In this document: positions 18,305 to 28,201 of the stretch, in pieces | Layout of the letters: every line of letters begins with the position of its first letter | How positions within the stretch are numbered: position 1 is the first letter of the stretch | NCBI GenBank assembly: GCA_965217585.1 | Contig: OZ244561.1 | Span: 3,936,001-4,000,000 of the forward strand | DNA: 64,000 nucleotides | DNA from: Candidatus Latescibacterota bacterium | Lineage (GTDB): Bacteria > Latescibacterota > UBA2968 > UBA8231 | Reading direction: 5' to 3' | Position numbers and translations under genes: made by a program | The notes under the pieces: generated by a model | Seen by the model: only the letters and a program-made list of their open reading frames with translations | Told to the model about the DNA's origin: nothing | Databases searched by the model: none

Positions 18305-19552
18305 CTAAGACGAGCCGCCGAGGCGGAGCAGCGCAGCGACGTTCCCAGGCTTAACGCCCAAAATTAGGGCCGCTTTGGTCGTCGTTAGTGCACCGGAGGC
18401 GGTCATGCGCTGGGCAAAGCCGATCAGGGGCTTTCCGAGGCGGTGTCGGCGGACAACGTAATACGATGGCCCACCCGGCGATGTACTCACTCGTTGCTGT
18501 CGCCGGGTATGTGCCTGCTGCCACTCTCGACTGAACGCCGAGTACAGACGATTGAAGGTTTCCTGAGCAATGCGCCTGGCGCGCAGGAGCCTGTAGGCCA
18601 CCATGGTACGGCTCAGATTACGTGCTGCGGCGAACTCGCCAATTCGCTCCTGCTGGGTGGCGAGATCCGACTCGTGGCCGAGATCGAGCCGGTCGAGTTC
18701 ATGTGCGGGTAATAGCCATGCTCCGGCGACGTCATTGCAGAATCGCTCAATCTCGTTCCCAACGCTAGCACCGCTGATGCCGGTTTGGCCTAGCAGCAAA
18801 TGGACCAGTTCGTGCAGCAGGGTGAACGACCACGCGGACGGGGCGTCCCGGTCGTTGATGACGACGAACGGCGCTACGTCGGCCGCGATGGCGAAACCGC
18901 GGAAGACCTCCGTGTCAATGGCCGAGTGGTGGCTTCCCAAGTCGCCTTGGAGCAGAACGAACACGCCCGAGTGCTCGGCCCGCGACCGCAGCCACTCGAA
19001 CGCACTCTGTGCGTCGCGTTGTGCGTAATAGTGCGTGTGGTCCAGCTCTCGTCCGAGCAGGTGCCGCAGCGCGTCGAGTGCGGATGCCTCTCCTGCGGCT
19101 ATCGTCAGGGAGCCAACGAACGGCACCGGCGTAGCTTCGGCTTCGGCTTTTAGAACTGCCTGGACCATGCCTTGCCGCGCCCGTATGGCCCGGATCAGGG
19201 CATCGAGCAATCCGTCCGCCGCTCCGATGTGCTGGCCGGTCCGCGTGCGGAAATCGGCACCGCGATCACCGGATGGCGGAGGTGCCGCCAGATAGAACGC
19301 GATTAGGGGCCGGTGGTAGCATCGCGCCATTCTGACGAGGAGAGGCCGCGTCGGCTCCTGCTCGCCTCGTTCGAGCGCAAGTAGGCGGTCGACACCTGCC
19401 ACGCCACGGGCGTCCTTGAGGGGGAGTTTCCTGGCGGCCGCCTCGGGCGTCAGGCCAGCGGTCCGGCGAGCCCAGACCAGAATCTCAGGATTGACCGCAC
19501 TCGCCACATCGGCTTTACCCGGAGTCTGCTTACTACTATCGCTCAGTTCCAT
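18305..19552 (-). CDS. XRE-HTH + ImmA/IrrE family metallopeptidase
   Basis: VNPEILVWARR HTH, DFR, FRGFAI and FTLLHELVH (HExxH) motifs. Confidence 0.88.
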   Translation of the reverse strand: MELSDSSKQTPGKADVASAVNPEILVWARRTAGLTPEAAARKLPLKDARGVAGVDRLLALERGEQEPTRPLLVRMARCYHRPLIAFYLAAPPPSGDRGADFRTRTGQHIGAADGLLDALIRAIRARQGMVQAVLKAEAEATPVPFVGSLTIAAGEASALDALRHLLGRELDHTHYYAQRDAQSAFEWLRSRAEHSGVFVLLQGDLGSHHSAIDTEVFRGFAIAADVAPFVVINDRDAPSAWSFTLLHELVHLLLGQTGISGASVGNEIERFCNDVAGAWLLPAHELDRLDLGHESDLATQQERIGEFAAARNLSRTMVAYRLLRARRIAQETFNRLYSAFSREWQQAHTRRQQRVSTSPGGPSYYVVRRHRLGKPLIGFAQRMTASGALTTTKAALILGVKPGNVAALLRLGGSS

Positions 19553-19629
19553 AATCTTCTATTGTCCCTAAAACGATAAGGGCCTCTGTGCTTTCCTTAT
19601 TCGGCTTATGGGTTTCGCGTTCGTTCCCA

Positions 19630-20601
19630 TCACAGGAATTTCTTTATAAAGGCGGCCGAGCGTTCAAACTGCTCCAGTTCATAAGCAACCCGCACATCCG
19701 CACTATCCCCGCGCTCGTGCGGCGTCTGCCAGTCGTCTGGATCTCCAGCCGTCTGATGCAGGGTGCGGATAGCATTTATCGCCTCGTGGAGAGGTCGCTC
19801 GGGAAAGGTCGCCCACCACTCCTCTTCCAAAAGGCGAATGTGCCGGGCGACGCTCGCGCCGAGTTCAATGCAGCCTTGAACCTGCGGTACCTCGCGGTCG
19901 AATAGCGCAATCATCTCCGGCCAATCGACGACCCCGTCGCCGATGGCACAGCGCTTGAGGCGATAGCCCGAGGGCGTGGGGTGGACCGTATAGTCCTTGA
20001 TGTGGACGTGTTTGAGGATCGGCAAGATGCGCTCGGCAAACGCTAGGGGATGCTCGCCGACGGCAAAGGCATTGCCTACGTCCATAGTGACGCCGAGCTG
20101 AGGGCTGCCGACCTTTTCGCACAGCGACAGCAATTCCCAAGAACACAGATCTTGGTGGTTTTCAATGCCCACTGGGATGCCGTATTCTTCGGCGAGCGGC
20201 ATGACTTCTTTGAAGGGCTGTACCAAGGCTTCGATGTAGTCTCGCATCCCCTCGGCACCGTACTCGGTGCGGTTGCCTTCGACGAGACGGCTGACGGTCG
20301 TGCGCACGGCGCGGGCACCGGTTTGGTGTGCCGTCTCAATGGCTTGGCGCAGCGGCGCAATGTCTTCGGCGTAGTTGTCGCCGCCCGTGTCCAAGAATAG
20401 GTCGAGATCGGCGCGAGTCTCGGCAAAGGCTGCCCGCTCCTCGGGCGAGCAGTCGCCCAGCCATTGAGATGCGAATTCGACACTGTGGAGGCCGTTGTCG
20501 CGGGCCAAGCGCGTCAGGCCCTCGGGGGTGTGGGGGTCAATGGTGCGGCCGGCTTCTTTGTGAGCGCCGGTAAAGCTCCAAGCGCAGAGTCCGATGTTCA
20601 C
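19630..20601 (-). CDS. Sugar phosphate isomerase/epimerase TIM-barrel protein
   Basis: IENHQD, MDVGN and HVHIKDY motifs. Confidence 0.85.
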   Translation of the reverse strand: MNIGLCAWSFTGAHKEAGRTIDPHTPEGLTRLARDNGLHSVEFASQWLGDCSPEERAAFAETRADLDLFLDTGGDNYAEDIAPLRQAIETAHQTGARAVRTTVSRLVEGNRTEYGAEGMRDYIEALVQPFKEVMPLAEEYGIPVGIENHQDLCSWELLSLCEKVGSPQLGVTMDVGNAFAVGEHPLAFAERILPILKHVHIKDYTVHPTPSGYRLKRCAIGDGVVDWPEMIALFDREVPQVQGCIELGASVARHIRLLEEEWWATFPERPLHEAINAIRTLHQTAGDPDDWQTPHERGDSADVRVAYELEQFERSAAFIKKFL

Positions 20602-20638
20602 AGCATTCCTCTTTTGATTGTGTGCAAGTAGCGGGGTC

Positions 20639-21985
20639 TTACAGCTTCGCCTGCAAGTAGGTCACCAAGTCGCCGTCTTTCACGTCAGCACTCGATCCAT
20701 CGCGCATGTCCTTCACCTGCCAGACGCCTTTCTTCAATTCGTCCGGGCCGCCAATTAGGGCCAGCGGGAAGCCCTTGCGGTCGGCGTATTTGAGCTGCCG
20801 GCCCATGCCCTTGGACTCTGGATACAGTTCGATGCGGAGGCCAGCTTGCCGCAGACGGCGCGCAAGGGCTATGTAGGTTTTTAAGTATTCGGCGGAAAAC
20901 TGGACGATGAAGACGTCGGCGGATGTAGCGGCGTCCTGCAAAAGCCCCAGCGCCTCCATCGCAGCCATCAGCCGATCTAAACCCAGCGAGGCACCGACGC
21001 CGGGCAGGTGCTGCTTAGTGTAGAGGCCGGCCAAATCGTCGTAGCGCCCGCCGCTACAGACCGAGCCGATTGCCGGCAGATCGCCGAGCAAGGTCTCATA
21101 GACGGTTCCAGTGTAGTAATCGAGCCCACGGGCGATGGACAGGTCAATCACCAAGCGATCTTGGGGAAAACCAGCACCCTCAAAGGCGTCCACGAGCTGG
21201 CGTAGGTTGGCGATCCCCCCCTCGGCGACGTGGTCGTGACCTCCGAAGGCTTCCTTGAGCCGATCGAGCGTCTTGACATTCGTCGGCTCCTTAATCTGCA
21301 CCATCGAGAGGATGTACTTAGCTGTATCGCTGGGAACTGAAGCCGTCGCAGCCATCTCAGCGATGACCTTTTCATCGCCGATTTTTTGCCGCTTGTCGAG
21401 GGCACGGAGGACGACTGGCGACGCCTCGGCTAAGCCGAGCGGTTCGAGCGCGCTTTCGAGCAGGCCATTGAGGATCAGGCGGTTGTTGACGTGGATGGCA
21501 AAGCGCTCAAAGCCCAAGGCCGCGAGCAGGTCGTGGATGACGAGCACTGTTTCAATATCCGCGGCGTTGGCGTCGGTGCCGATGGTGTCGAAGTCGCACT
21601 GGTAGAACTCGCGGTAGCGCCCGTGCTGGGTGTTCTCGCCGCGCCAGACCGGGCCGATGTGGTAGCGCTTGAAGGGGGTGCCGAGCTGGCCGATGTGCTG
21701 GGCGGCAAAGCGGGCAAAGGGCACGGTCAAATCAAAGCGCAGAGCCACGTCGCGGCCCCCGTGATCCGCGAAGCGATACATCTGCTTGTCGCTCTCGTCG
21801 CCACCTTTGCCTGTGAGTATCTCGCTGTATTCAAGGGCGGGCGTGTCGATGGGGGCAAAGCCGTAGGAGCGAAAGACCGCGCGGGCCTTGTCGATCAGTT
21901 CCTCGCGCGGCATGGCCAAGGCGGGGGGGAAGTCGCGGAAGCCCTTAAGGGTCCGCGGCGGGATCAGGTCTTTTTTGTTGGACAT
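20639..21985 (-). CDS. hisS: Histidine--tRNA ligase
   Basis: LKGFRDF, LRFDLTVPFAR, GRYREFYQCDFD, ARGLDYYTG and GGRYD motifs. Confidence 0.97.
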   Translation of the reverse strand: MSNKKDLIPPRTLKGFRDFPPALAMPREELIDKARAVFRSYGFAPIDTPALEYSEILTGKGGDESDKQMYRFADHGGRDVALRFDLTVPFARFAAQHIGQLGTPFKRYHIGPVWRGENTQHGRYREFYQCDFDTIGTDANAADIETVLVIHDLLAALGFERFAIHVNNRLILNGLLESALEPLGLAEASPVVLRALDKRQKIGDEKVIAEMAATASVPSDTAKYILSMVQIKEPTNVKTLDRLKEAFGGHDHVAEGGIANLRQLVDAFEGAGFPQDRLVIDLSIARGLDYYTGTVYETLLGDLPAIGSVCSGGRYDDLAGLYTKQHLPGVGASLGLDRLMAAMEALGLLQDAATSADVFIVQFSAEYLKTYIALARRLRQAGLRIELYPESKGMGRQLKYADRKGFPLALIGGPDELKKGVWQVKDMRDGSSADVKDGDLVTYLQAKL

Positions 21986-21989
21986 AGGT

Positions 21990-23123
21990 TTACCAGTTGG
22001 TGAACGAGCCGTCTTCGCGGCGCAGAATCGGGCCGCCGAGCCATTTGAATTCGTAGTGCCCGGCAGCTTCTTCGTTGAATTCTATCCCCAAGCCCGGACG
22101 CTCCGGCGGCAACAGGCAACCCGCCTCGTAGGGCAGTTGCACTGGAAAGAGATCTTCCATCACGGTGTGGCCGACGAGGCCGCCCTCTTGCACGGCGAAA
22201 TTGTCGCAGGCGATGTCGAGGTGGGCGCAGGCTGCGGCCGAAACCGGGCCGAGGGGATTGTGCGGGACGATCTTGATGTAGTGGGTCTCGCACCAGTTGG
22301 CCACTTTGCGCGCCTCGGTCAGCCCGCCGACGATGCACAAGTCAATCCGCGCATAGTCCATCAATTCCTCTTCGATCATCTGCCGGAACTCCCACTTGGT
22401 CGCATAGTGCTCGCCGACGGCCAGCGGACAGCTAACGTGCTGGCGCACCTGGCGATAGGTCTGGGGGTTTTCGCAGCGCAGCGGATCCTCGATGAAGAAA
22501 GGATCGTATTCCTCAAGCTGGCGGCCGAGGCGGATGGTGTCGGGCGGGTCGAGGCGAGTGTGGACGTCAATGCAGATTTCGATTTCCGGCCCGACGGCCT
22601 CGCGCACGGCGGCGAAGTGGGCGATTGAATCGCGAACGGCGGTGCGCGGTTCGAGGATTCCGTCGCGGTCAAAGACCGACATCCGCAGGTACTTCCAGCC
22701 CTCGGCGACCCGTTCCTGGGCCGCGCGGGCAGTGTCTGCGGGCGTCTTGCCGCCGATACCAGTGTAGCAGAAGACGCGCTCGCGCATCTTGCCGCCCAGG
22801 AGCATGTACACGGGTTGCCCGAGGGCCTTGCCTTTGATGTCCCACAGCGCGATGTCAATGGCCGACATGGCAGCCGCGTTGATCCGACCGCCGGGGAAGA
22901 AATCGACGCGGAACAGCAGTTGCCAGATGTACTCGGTATTGAGCGGATCCAGGCCGATGATGTGGCGCTTCATGTGTTCGATGGCGCCAATGCCGGCCTG
23001 CTCCTTCCAAGTAATGCCAAACTCGCCGACGCCGTACAAGCCAGCGTCGGTCTCGACTTTGACGAAGAGGTAATTGCGCGATCCGTGGCAGATGGGAAAG
23101 GTTTTGACGTCAGTAATTTTCAT
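21990..23123 (-). CDS. dgoD: Galactonate dehydratase-like enolase-superfamily enzyme
   Basis: MKITDVK, SAIDIALWDIKGK, PHNPLGPV and terminal REDGSFTNW. Exact substrate uncertain. Confidence 0.7.
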   Translation of the reverse strand: MKITDVKTFPICHGSRNYLFVKVETDAGLYGVGEFGITWKEQAGIGAIEHMKRHIIGLDPLNTEYIWQLLFRVDFFPGGRINAAAMSAIDIALWDIKGKALGQPVYMLLGGKMRERVFCYTGIGGKTPADTARAAQERVAEGWKYLRMSVFDRDGILEPRTAVRDSIAHFAAVREAVGPEIEICIDVHTRLDPPDTIRLGRQLEEYDPFFIEDPLRCENPQTYRQVRQHVSCPLAVGEHYATKWEFRQMIEEELMDYARIDLCIVGGLTEARKVANWCETHYIKIVPHNPLGPVSAAACAHLDIACDNFAVQEGGLVGHTVMEDLFPVQLPYEAGCLLPPERPGLGIEFNEEAAGHYEFKWLGGPILRREDGSFTNW

Positions 23124-23162
23124 GCTCGGCTCCTTTGGTGGCTTCATAATATCAGGCCGCGA

Positions 23163-24035
23163 CTAACCCAAAGCAAAGACGGCCTCGCCGACGACGATGG
23201 CCACCAGCCCCAAGAACATGCCGACTTTGAGCAAGCGGCCGAGGCGGTCGTCGGCCAGCACTGCGCGTTGGCGATACAATTGCCAGAGGACGTAGCCGAC
23301 CAAGGCATGGACCGGCAGCAATGCGAGCGCGTAGAGCGCGCCGTAGAAGCCCATGAAAAACGGCATCCAAGTAAACCCTACCAAGAGCAAATAAACGAGA
23401 GCCGCCAGCACCGCAGCTTGGGCGCGTCCCCAAGCAAGGGGCAGGGTGCGGTCGCCGCGGATCTGATCGCCGGCGACGTCCTCGATGTCCTTGACGATTT
23501 CTCGTCCCAAGTGAAAGAGGAAAGCAAAGAGCGCCGGAATCCACGAGCGCCCGATATCGCCGGCGGCCAAGGCACCGTAGGGAAAGGCGATAGCCCCGAC
23601 AAAGGCGACGAGTACATTGCCCCACAGAAGGCTGTTTTTTAAGGCGATACTATAGACGGCGAGCAGGACGACAACGGCTAGAGCGATCAGCCCATGCCAA
23701 GGGCTGAGCCAGAACGCAAGTGCGCTGCCGGCTAGGGCGAGAAGCAAACTTTGCATTCGGGCCGCGCTCGGGCTAAGGCGACCGGCAGGCAGCGGGCGCA
23801 GCGGGCGGTTGATGCGGTCAATGTCTATGTCCATCAAGTCGTTGAAGGCATTACCGGCACCGTTGATTAACGCGGCAGAAAGGGCGGCGAGCAGAAGGGC
23901 AGGCCAAGCGGGGGCTTGGTCTGCGGTCAAAGCGCCAATGCCGACCGAGAGGGCGGTAATCAGGCCGTTGAGCGGCCGAGGTAGGAGGAAAAAAGCGCTG
24001 AACTGCGACAAGGGTTTCCGTTTGTGGGTTAGCAA
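23163..24035 (-). CDS. UbiA prenyltransferase, DGGGP synthase-like
   Basis: RPLN, GNAFNDLMDIDIDRINRPLRPLPAG and REIVKDIEDVAGD motifs. Confidence 0.85.
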   Translation of the reverse strand: MLTHKRKPLSQFSAFFLLPRPLNGLITALSVGIGALTADQAPAWPALLLAALSAALINGAGNAFNDLMDIDIDRINRPLRPLPAGRLSPSAARMQSLLLALAGSALAFWLSPWHGLIALAVVVLLAVYSIALKNSLLWGNVLVAFVGAIAFPYGALAAGDIGRSWIPALFAFLFHLGREIVKDIEDVAGDQIRGDRTLPLAWGRAQAAVLAALVYLLLVGFTWMPFFMGFYGALYALALLPVHALVGYVLWQLYRQRAVLADDRLGRLLKVGMFLGLVAIVVGEAVFALG

Positions 24036-24178
24036 AAGTCCCTATATAAAAGCAACGCAAGAAGGTTGCCGCCAAGAGACTTTTTGCAGCCAAAGCGCGC
24101 GGGTAAATTTATTCTTGACAGCGCCTGACGCGCAAAGTAGGTTCCCTAACGTTTTGTTTCTCAACAAGTAAGCTAGCC

Positions 24179-26242
24179 ATGAACTCAGTTAAAGGGGCGT
24201 TGTGCGCCTCTCTTTTTTTTGTTGGCTCCGTCTTGGCCGAGCTATCCTTGGTCGGCGTGTCTTGGAAATCGCCAGCCGAGCTAACCGCAATCGCCGCGCT
24301 GAGCGAGCAGGTGCGCTACGTGGCGCGGGGCGTGGCTTTTGTCGAGGCCAGCGAAAGCGCGGTCGAAGAGTTCACAAAGCGGGGATTTGTCATCCTCTGC
24401 CTCGACAGGCCGCGAGCGGGCGACCGCTATTTTGTCGCCGATCACCTCAACCTTCCCCTCCCCCAAGGCGTTGAGCTGGTCTTTGCTGGGGGGGGCGAAT
24501 GGGTGCTCTTGCGGGTGGGGTCGACCGCCCGCTTGCACGAGGCTCCTCATTTCCTCTGGCCGCTGCCTAACAACTACAGCCTAGAAGGGTGGTTAGGTGC
24601 GCCGAGGCGCGCGCCCAAGGCCCTGCAAACGGCCTCGCCGGCTGTAGCCGCCCTCATCGAGGAAGTCGCAGCCGCGCGCTTGCAAGCCCACGTCGAAGCC
24701 CTCGCGCTGAAAGACCCGGCGTTGGGCAGCGTCCCCGGCAACATCCGCAGCCGTTTTGCCGTGCATCCAGAGATCCTCGAGTCAACCGAGTACATCCGCT
24801 CGCAATTGGCCGCGGCCCTCAGCGACGAAGCGGTCGCACTGCATTCCTTCCCCATTGACTCGCGGCGCGTCATCTCCCATACCTCGCGTCGAGGCAACCC
24901 AGTGCAAGCACCGAGCGACACCACTGCGTACAACGTCATCGGCACACTGGCGGGCACCAATCCGGATGCCGGGTACTACATCGTCTGCGCCCACTACGAC
25001 GCCACGGGTACGCGCTCGGCCGGGGGTTGGAACTGGCAACGCGACCCCGCGCCTGGGGCCGACGACAATGCCAGCGGCGTGGCCTTGGTCCTAGAGAGCG
25101 CAAAGCTGCTGGCCGGGCAGCGCTTCCCCTGGTCCGTCCTATTTATCGCTTGGTCGGGCGAGGAGTTGGGGCTGCTGGGTAGCCAAGCGTATGTCGCCTT
25201 AGCTGCTGACCGCGACGACCCGATCCTCGGCGTCCTCAACTTCGACATGATCGGCTTCAACGACTTGCAACAGCGGCTGGAGCTGGTGACGAATCCAGGC
25301 TCGCGCTGGCTGGGCGATCAAATGGCGTCCGTGGCCGAGCGCTATGAGATCGATCTCAAGGTCGACTTGCTCGAAGACGGAGGAGCGCGCCTCAGCGATC
25401 ACGCGCCGTTCTGGTCGCGGGGCTACGACGCCATCCTCGGCATTGAAAACTACCTGCCCACAGACTCGACGACGTACGGGGTCCGCGAGGGCCGCTATCG
25501 CATCAACTCGCAATACCACTCGGTCGTTGACCTGCCCGACAGCATCAACTGGGAGCTGGTGCGCCGTACCACCCAGCTAACCGTGGCGACGTTGGCCGAG
25601 TACGGATTGGGAGAAGGCACGCCGAACTTGGCGGTCTTCACCGGCGACCTACGCGGCGACCGCGACGACAATCTCCGCGTCCGCGTTAGCAACATCGGGC
25701 TAGGTGCGGTCGCCAACAGCTTCTCAGTGCAGGTCTCGCAATGCGCGCTGGATTCCAGCCGGTGCGAGGTCATCCACCGCGCACAGACTCCAGAGGGATT
25801 GGCTCCGGGCGCGAGCGCGGAATTGCGCATTCCCTGGCAGCGATTTGGCGAGCTGGTCTTTTTGATTGAGGTCGATGCAGAAGGGCAAATCGGTGAGGTC
25901 AGCGAGGCGGACAACCGCGTCTTCCAGCGCCTGCGCCTAGTGCCGCAATCGAAGATCGCGGTCTTTCCCAATCCCTTCCGCATCGGCGGCGGCGGCGTGC
26001 TCCACTTCAGTGGCGTGCCCCTCAAATCCGCAGTGCGGGTCTTTGGGCCAGCGGGCGATCTAGTGTGGGAAGCAATTGAAGACGACGACGCGCAACGGCG
26101 CTTGGGGGCCGTTGCCAATGAGGTGCTGTGGTATGGAGTCAACCGCGCTGATCTACCGGTCGGCAACGGCGTCTATATCTATACGATCCACTCCCCCGAA
26201 GGCACCCGACTGATGAGAGACAAGATCGCAGTCGTACGCTAA
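24179..26242 (+). CDS. Secreted M28 family metallopeptidase with CARDB and FlgD-like C-terminal domains
   Basis: Signal peptide. CAHYD, GADDNASG, SGEELGL, NFDMIG, SDH and YHS..D motifs. EVSEADN (CARDB). VFPNPF...GNGVYIY tail. Confidence 0.88.
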   Translation: MNSVKGALCASLFFVGSVLAELSLVGVSWKSPAELTAIAALSEQVRYVARGVAFVEASESAVEEFTKRGFVILCLDRPRAGDRYFVADHLNLPLPQGVELVFAGGGEWVLLRVGSTARLHEAPHFLWPLPNNYSLEGWLGAPRRAPKALQTASPAVAALIEEVAAARLQAHVEALALKDPALGSVPGNIRSRFAVHPEILESTEYIRSQLAAALSDEAVALHSFPIDSRRVISHTSRRGNPVQAPSDTTAYNVIGTLAGTNPDAGYYIVCAHYDATGTRSAGGWNWQRDPAPGADDNASGVALVLESAKLLAGQRFPWSVLFIAWSGEELGLLGSQAYVALAADRDDPILGVLNFDMIGFNDLQQRLELVTNPGSRWLGDQMASVAERYEIDLKVDLLEDGGARLSDHAPFWSRGYDAILGIENYLPTDSTTYGVREGRYRINSQYHSVVDLPDSINWELVRRTTQLTVATLAEYGLGEGTPNLAVFTGDLRGDRDDNLRVRVSNIGLGAVANSFSVQVSQCALDSSRCEVIHRAQTPEGLAPGASAELRIPWQRFGELVFLIEVDAEGQIGEVSEADNRVFQRLRLVPQSKIAVFPNPFRIGGGGVLHFSGVPLKSAVRVFGPAGDLVWEAIEDDDAQRRLGAVANEVLWYGVNRADLPVGNGVYIYTIHSPEGTRLMRDKIAVVR

Positions 26243-26342
26243 GAGATTCTAACAAAACCTGCTAGGCGATCCTCGGAACGCGGGCATCCCGCCCACCCAT
26301 GTCATTCCCGCAAAAGCGGGAATCCAGTTTTGTTAGGGCCTC
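26243..26342. mobile_element. 100-bp MITE with IS5/IS1031-like ends and TAA target duplication
   Basis: GAGATTCTAACAAAAC and GTTTTGTTAGGGCCTC form an imperfect 16-bp IR (13/16). TAA on both flanks. Internal REP-like ATTCCCGCAAAAGCGGGAAT hairpin. Confidence 0.65.
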
Positions 26343-26381
26343 TAAAAACATAACCTTTGGTGTTAAAATGAAAAGGAACTT

Positions 26382-27020
26382 GTGATTCACGCCATTTTGT
26401 GGGATAACGATGGCGTGCTGGTAGATACCGAGGGGCTGTACTTTCAGGCGGGGCGGGAGGTCATGGCAACACAAGGTATTGAGCTGACGCAGGAGGATTT
26501 TGTTGAACAGTCGTTGCAAAAGGGGCGAAGTGTATTTGACCTATTGCCCAACCAAGATGCTGAATTAATTGATCGGTTGCGCTTGCAGCGCAATGCGCGA
26601 TACAGTGCGTTGTTGCGGGAACGCGTGCGGATCTTGGATGGGGTAGTGGAGACGCTCAGGACATTACACGGGCGCGTACTTATGGGGGTAGTAACGGGGT
26701 CGCGCAAAGATCACTTTGACATTATTCACGCCCAGACGAATCTGCTCCAATTTTTCGAGTTTGTGGTCACAAAGGAAGATTACAAAGAAGCCAAGCCGCA
26801 TCCAGATGCGTACTTAACGGCCATGCGACTACATGGGTTAAAACCCGATTCATGTGTTGTCGTGGAGGATTCTGAGCGGGGATGCGCCGCGGCAGTAAAG
26901 GCTGGGTTGCGCGTGCTGGTCGTGCCGAATGAGTTGTCGCAACACGGGGATTTTTCGCCTGCGTACAAAGTGCTAGGATCAGTGCGCGAGGTGGTGGATG
27001 AAGTGGAGAAGTTGCACTGA
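26382..27020 (+). CDS. HAD family phosphatase
   Basis: WDNDGVLVDT, KPHPD and VVEDS motifs. Confidence 0.9.
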   Translation: MIHAILWDNDGVLVDTEGLYFQAGREVMATQGIELTQEDFVEQSLQKGRSVFDLLPNQDAELIDRLRLQRNARYSALLRERVRILDGVVETLRTLHGRVLMGVVTGSRKDHFDIIHAQTNLLQFFEFVVTKEDYKEAKPHPDAYLTAMRLHGLKPDSCVVVEDSERGCAAAVKAGLRVLVVPNELSQHGDFSPAYKVLGSVREVVDEVEKLH

Positions 27021-27029
27021 CTTCCCAAC

Positions 27030-27725
27030 TCAGCTTCCCAACGGACAATCCACACACCGCTCCTCCGTCCCGCAAGATTCCATTTCACACGTCAGCAGCG
27101 CGTCCACGTGCCGCTTCCAGTCGGCTGGATAGCGCAGCGTCCCTTCCAAGCAGAAGCCGCTGACCAAAGAGCGCAGCAGGGCAAAGCGCGTCTCGCGGTC
27201 GGCGACTTTGGCGCGCACCCGCTGGCGCGCCTCGGCCAAGCAGTCGAGGTACGCAGCAAATTCCCCGGCGAAAATTTCTTCGAGATCTTGCCGCAAGCGA
27301 CTGGATAGTGCAGGGCTGGCGTTGGAGGTGGAGATGCTTAGCCGCAAGTGGCCCGGATGCACCAAGGCCACCATGCCAAAGTTGGAATAGGCCGGGTTGT
27401 CGTAGGAGTTGATCAGGACCTTGCGCGCCAGGGCGAGTTCGTACACCCGCGCCGTCAGCGCGCTGTCGCGCACAGTGTTCAGCACCAAGAAGACGCCATC
27501 GAGGTCGCGCTCCGCAAAGCAGCGCGGGTGATGTGTGAGGCGGCCGGCCGCAGCCCATTCGACGAGCGCGGGCGTCGCACTTGGACTTACCACCGTCAAC
27601 CGCGCCCCGGCGGTTAGCAAGCGACCGGTCTTGTCTTCGGCCTCGCGTCCCCCGCCAATGACCAAGCAGGGCTGCTCCATCACGTCGAGCCCCACCTGAA
27701 AATAGGGATTGAGCAACTTGCTCAC
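27030..27725 (-). CDS. Precorrin-2 dehydrogenase / sirohydrochlorin ferrochelatase (SirC/CysG N-terminal-like)
   Basis: CLVIGGGREAEDK, IN.YDNP and ISTSNASPAL motifs. Confidence 0.85.
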   Translation of the reverse strand: MSKLLNPYFQVGLDVMEQPCLVIGGGREAEDKTGRLLTAGARLTVVSPSATPALVEWAAAGRLTHHPRCFAERDLDGVFLVLNTVRDSALTARVYELALARKVLINSYDNPAYSNFGMVALVHPGHLRLSISTSNASPALSSRLRQDLEEIFAGEFAAYLDCLAEARQRVRAKVADRETRFALLRSLVSGFCLEGTLRYPADWKRHVDALLTCEMESCGTEERCVDCPLGS

Positions 27726-28144
27726 GCGCCCGAATCGTCGCTCAGGGCCGCGTAGCCTTTGTCGTCGCTGGCGCCGAATTCGACCGGAAAGCCGAGGTCC
27801 AGCCAGCCGCGCTCGGTGCGCGACCCGCCAAAGCCGGCGGTGACGTTGGCCACATCCGTAAAGCCAGCGGCGACGAGGGCCTCACAAGCACGCATGGAGC
27901 GCGCACCCGACTGACAGCCGACGAGCAGCTTGACATCCGTGGCAAAATGGGCTTGGACGACCTGAACGAAATCGAGGTTGGGAACCATGCCCACGGCGTG
28001 GCGTTGCATGATCGGGATGTTGAACGCGCCAGCCGGATGGCCGCCCTCGTATTCGGGGATGGAGCGGACGTCGATATAGACCGCACCCGCATCGCCTTCG
28101 AGCCGTTCCTTCGCCTCACTGGGACTAACGTTTTGATAGCTCAC
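27722..28144 (-). CDS. Rhodanese-like domain protein
   Basis: IDVRS..EY..GHP.GA.NIP and CQSGARS motifs. Confidence 0.9.
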   Translation of the reverse strand: MSYQNVSPSEAKERLEGDAGAVYIDVRSIPEYEGGHPAGAFNIPIMQRHAVGMVPNLDFVQVVQAHFATDVKLLVGCQSGARSMRACEALVAAGFTDVANVTAGFGGSRTERGWLDLGFPVEFGASDDKGYAALSDDSGA

Positions 28145-28201
28145 GATACCTCATCTCCATTTGACAATGTCCACTTTGCAGGGTTGAATAACTGTTAAGT
28201 A

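Noticed and set aside
27021-27042. CTTCCCAAC direct repeat at the HAD/sirC junction as an insertion scar
   Set aside because: The copies are adjacent rather than flanking the HAD gene, and too short to support.
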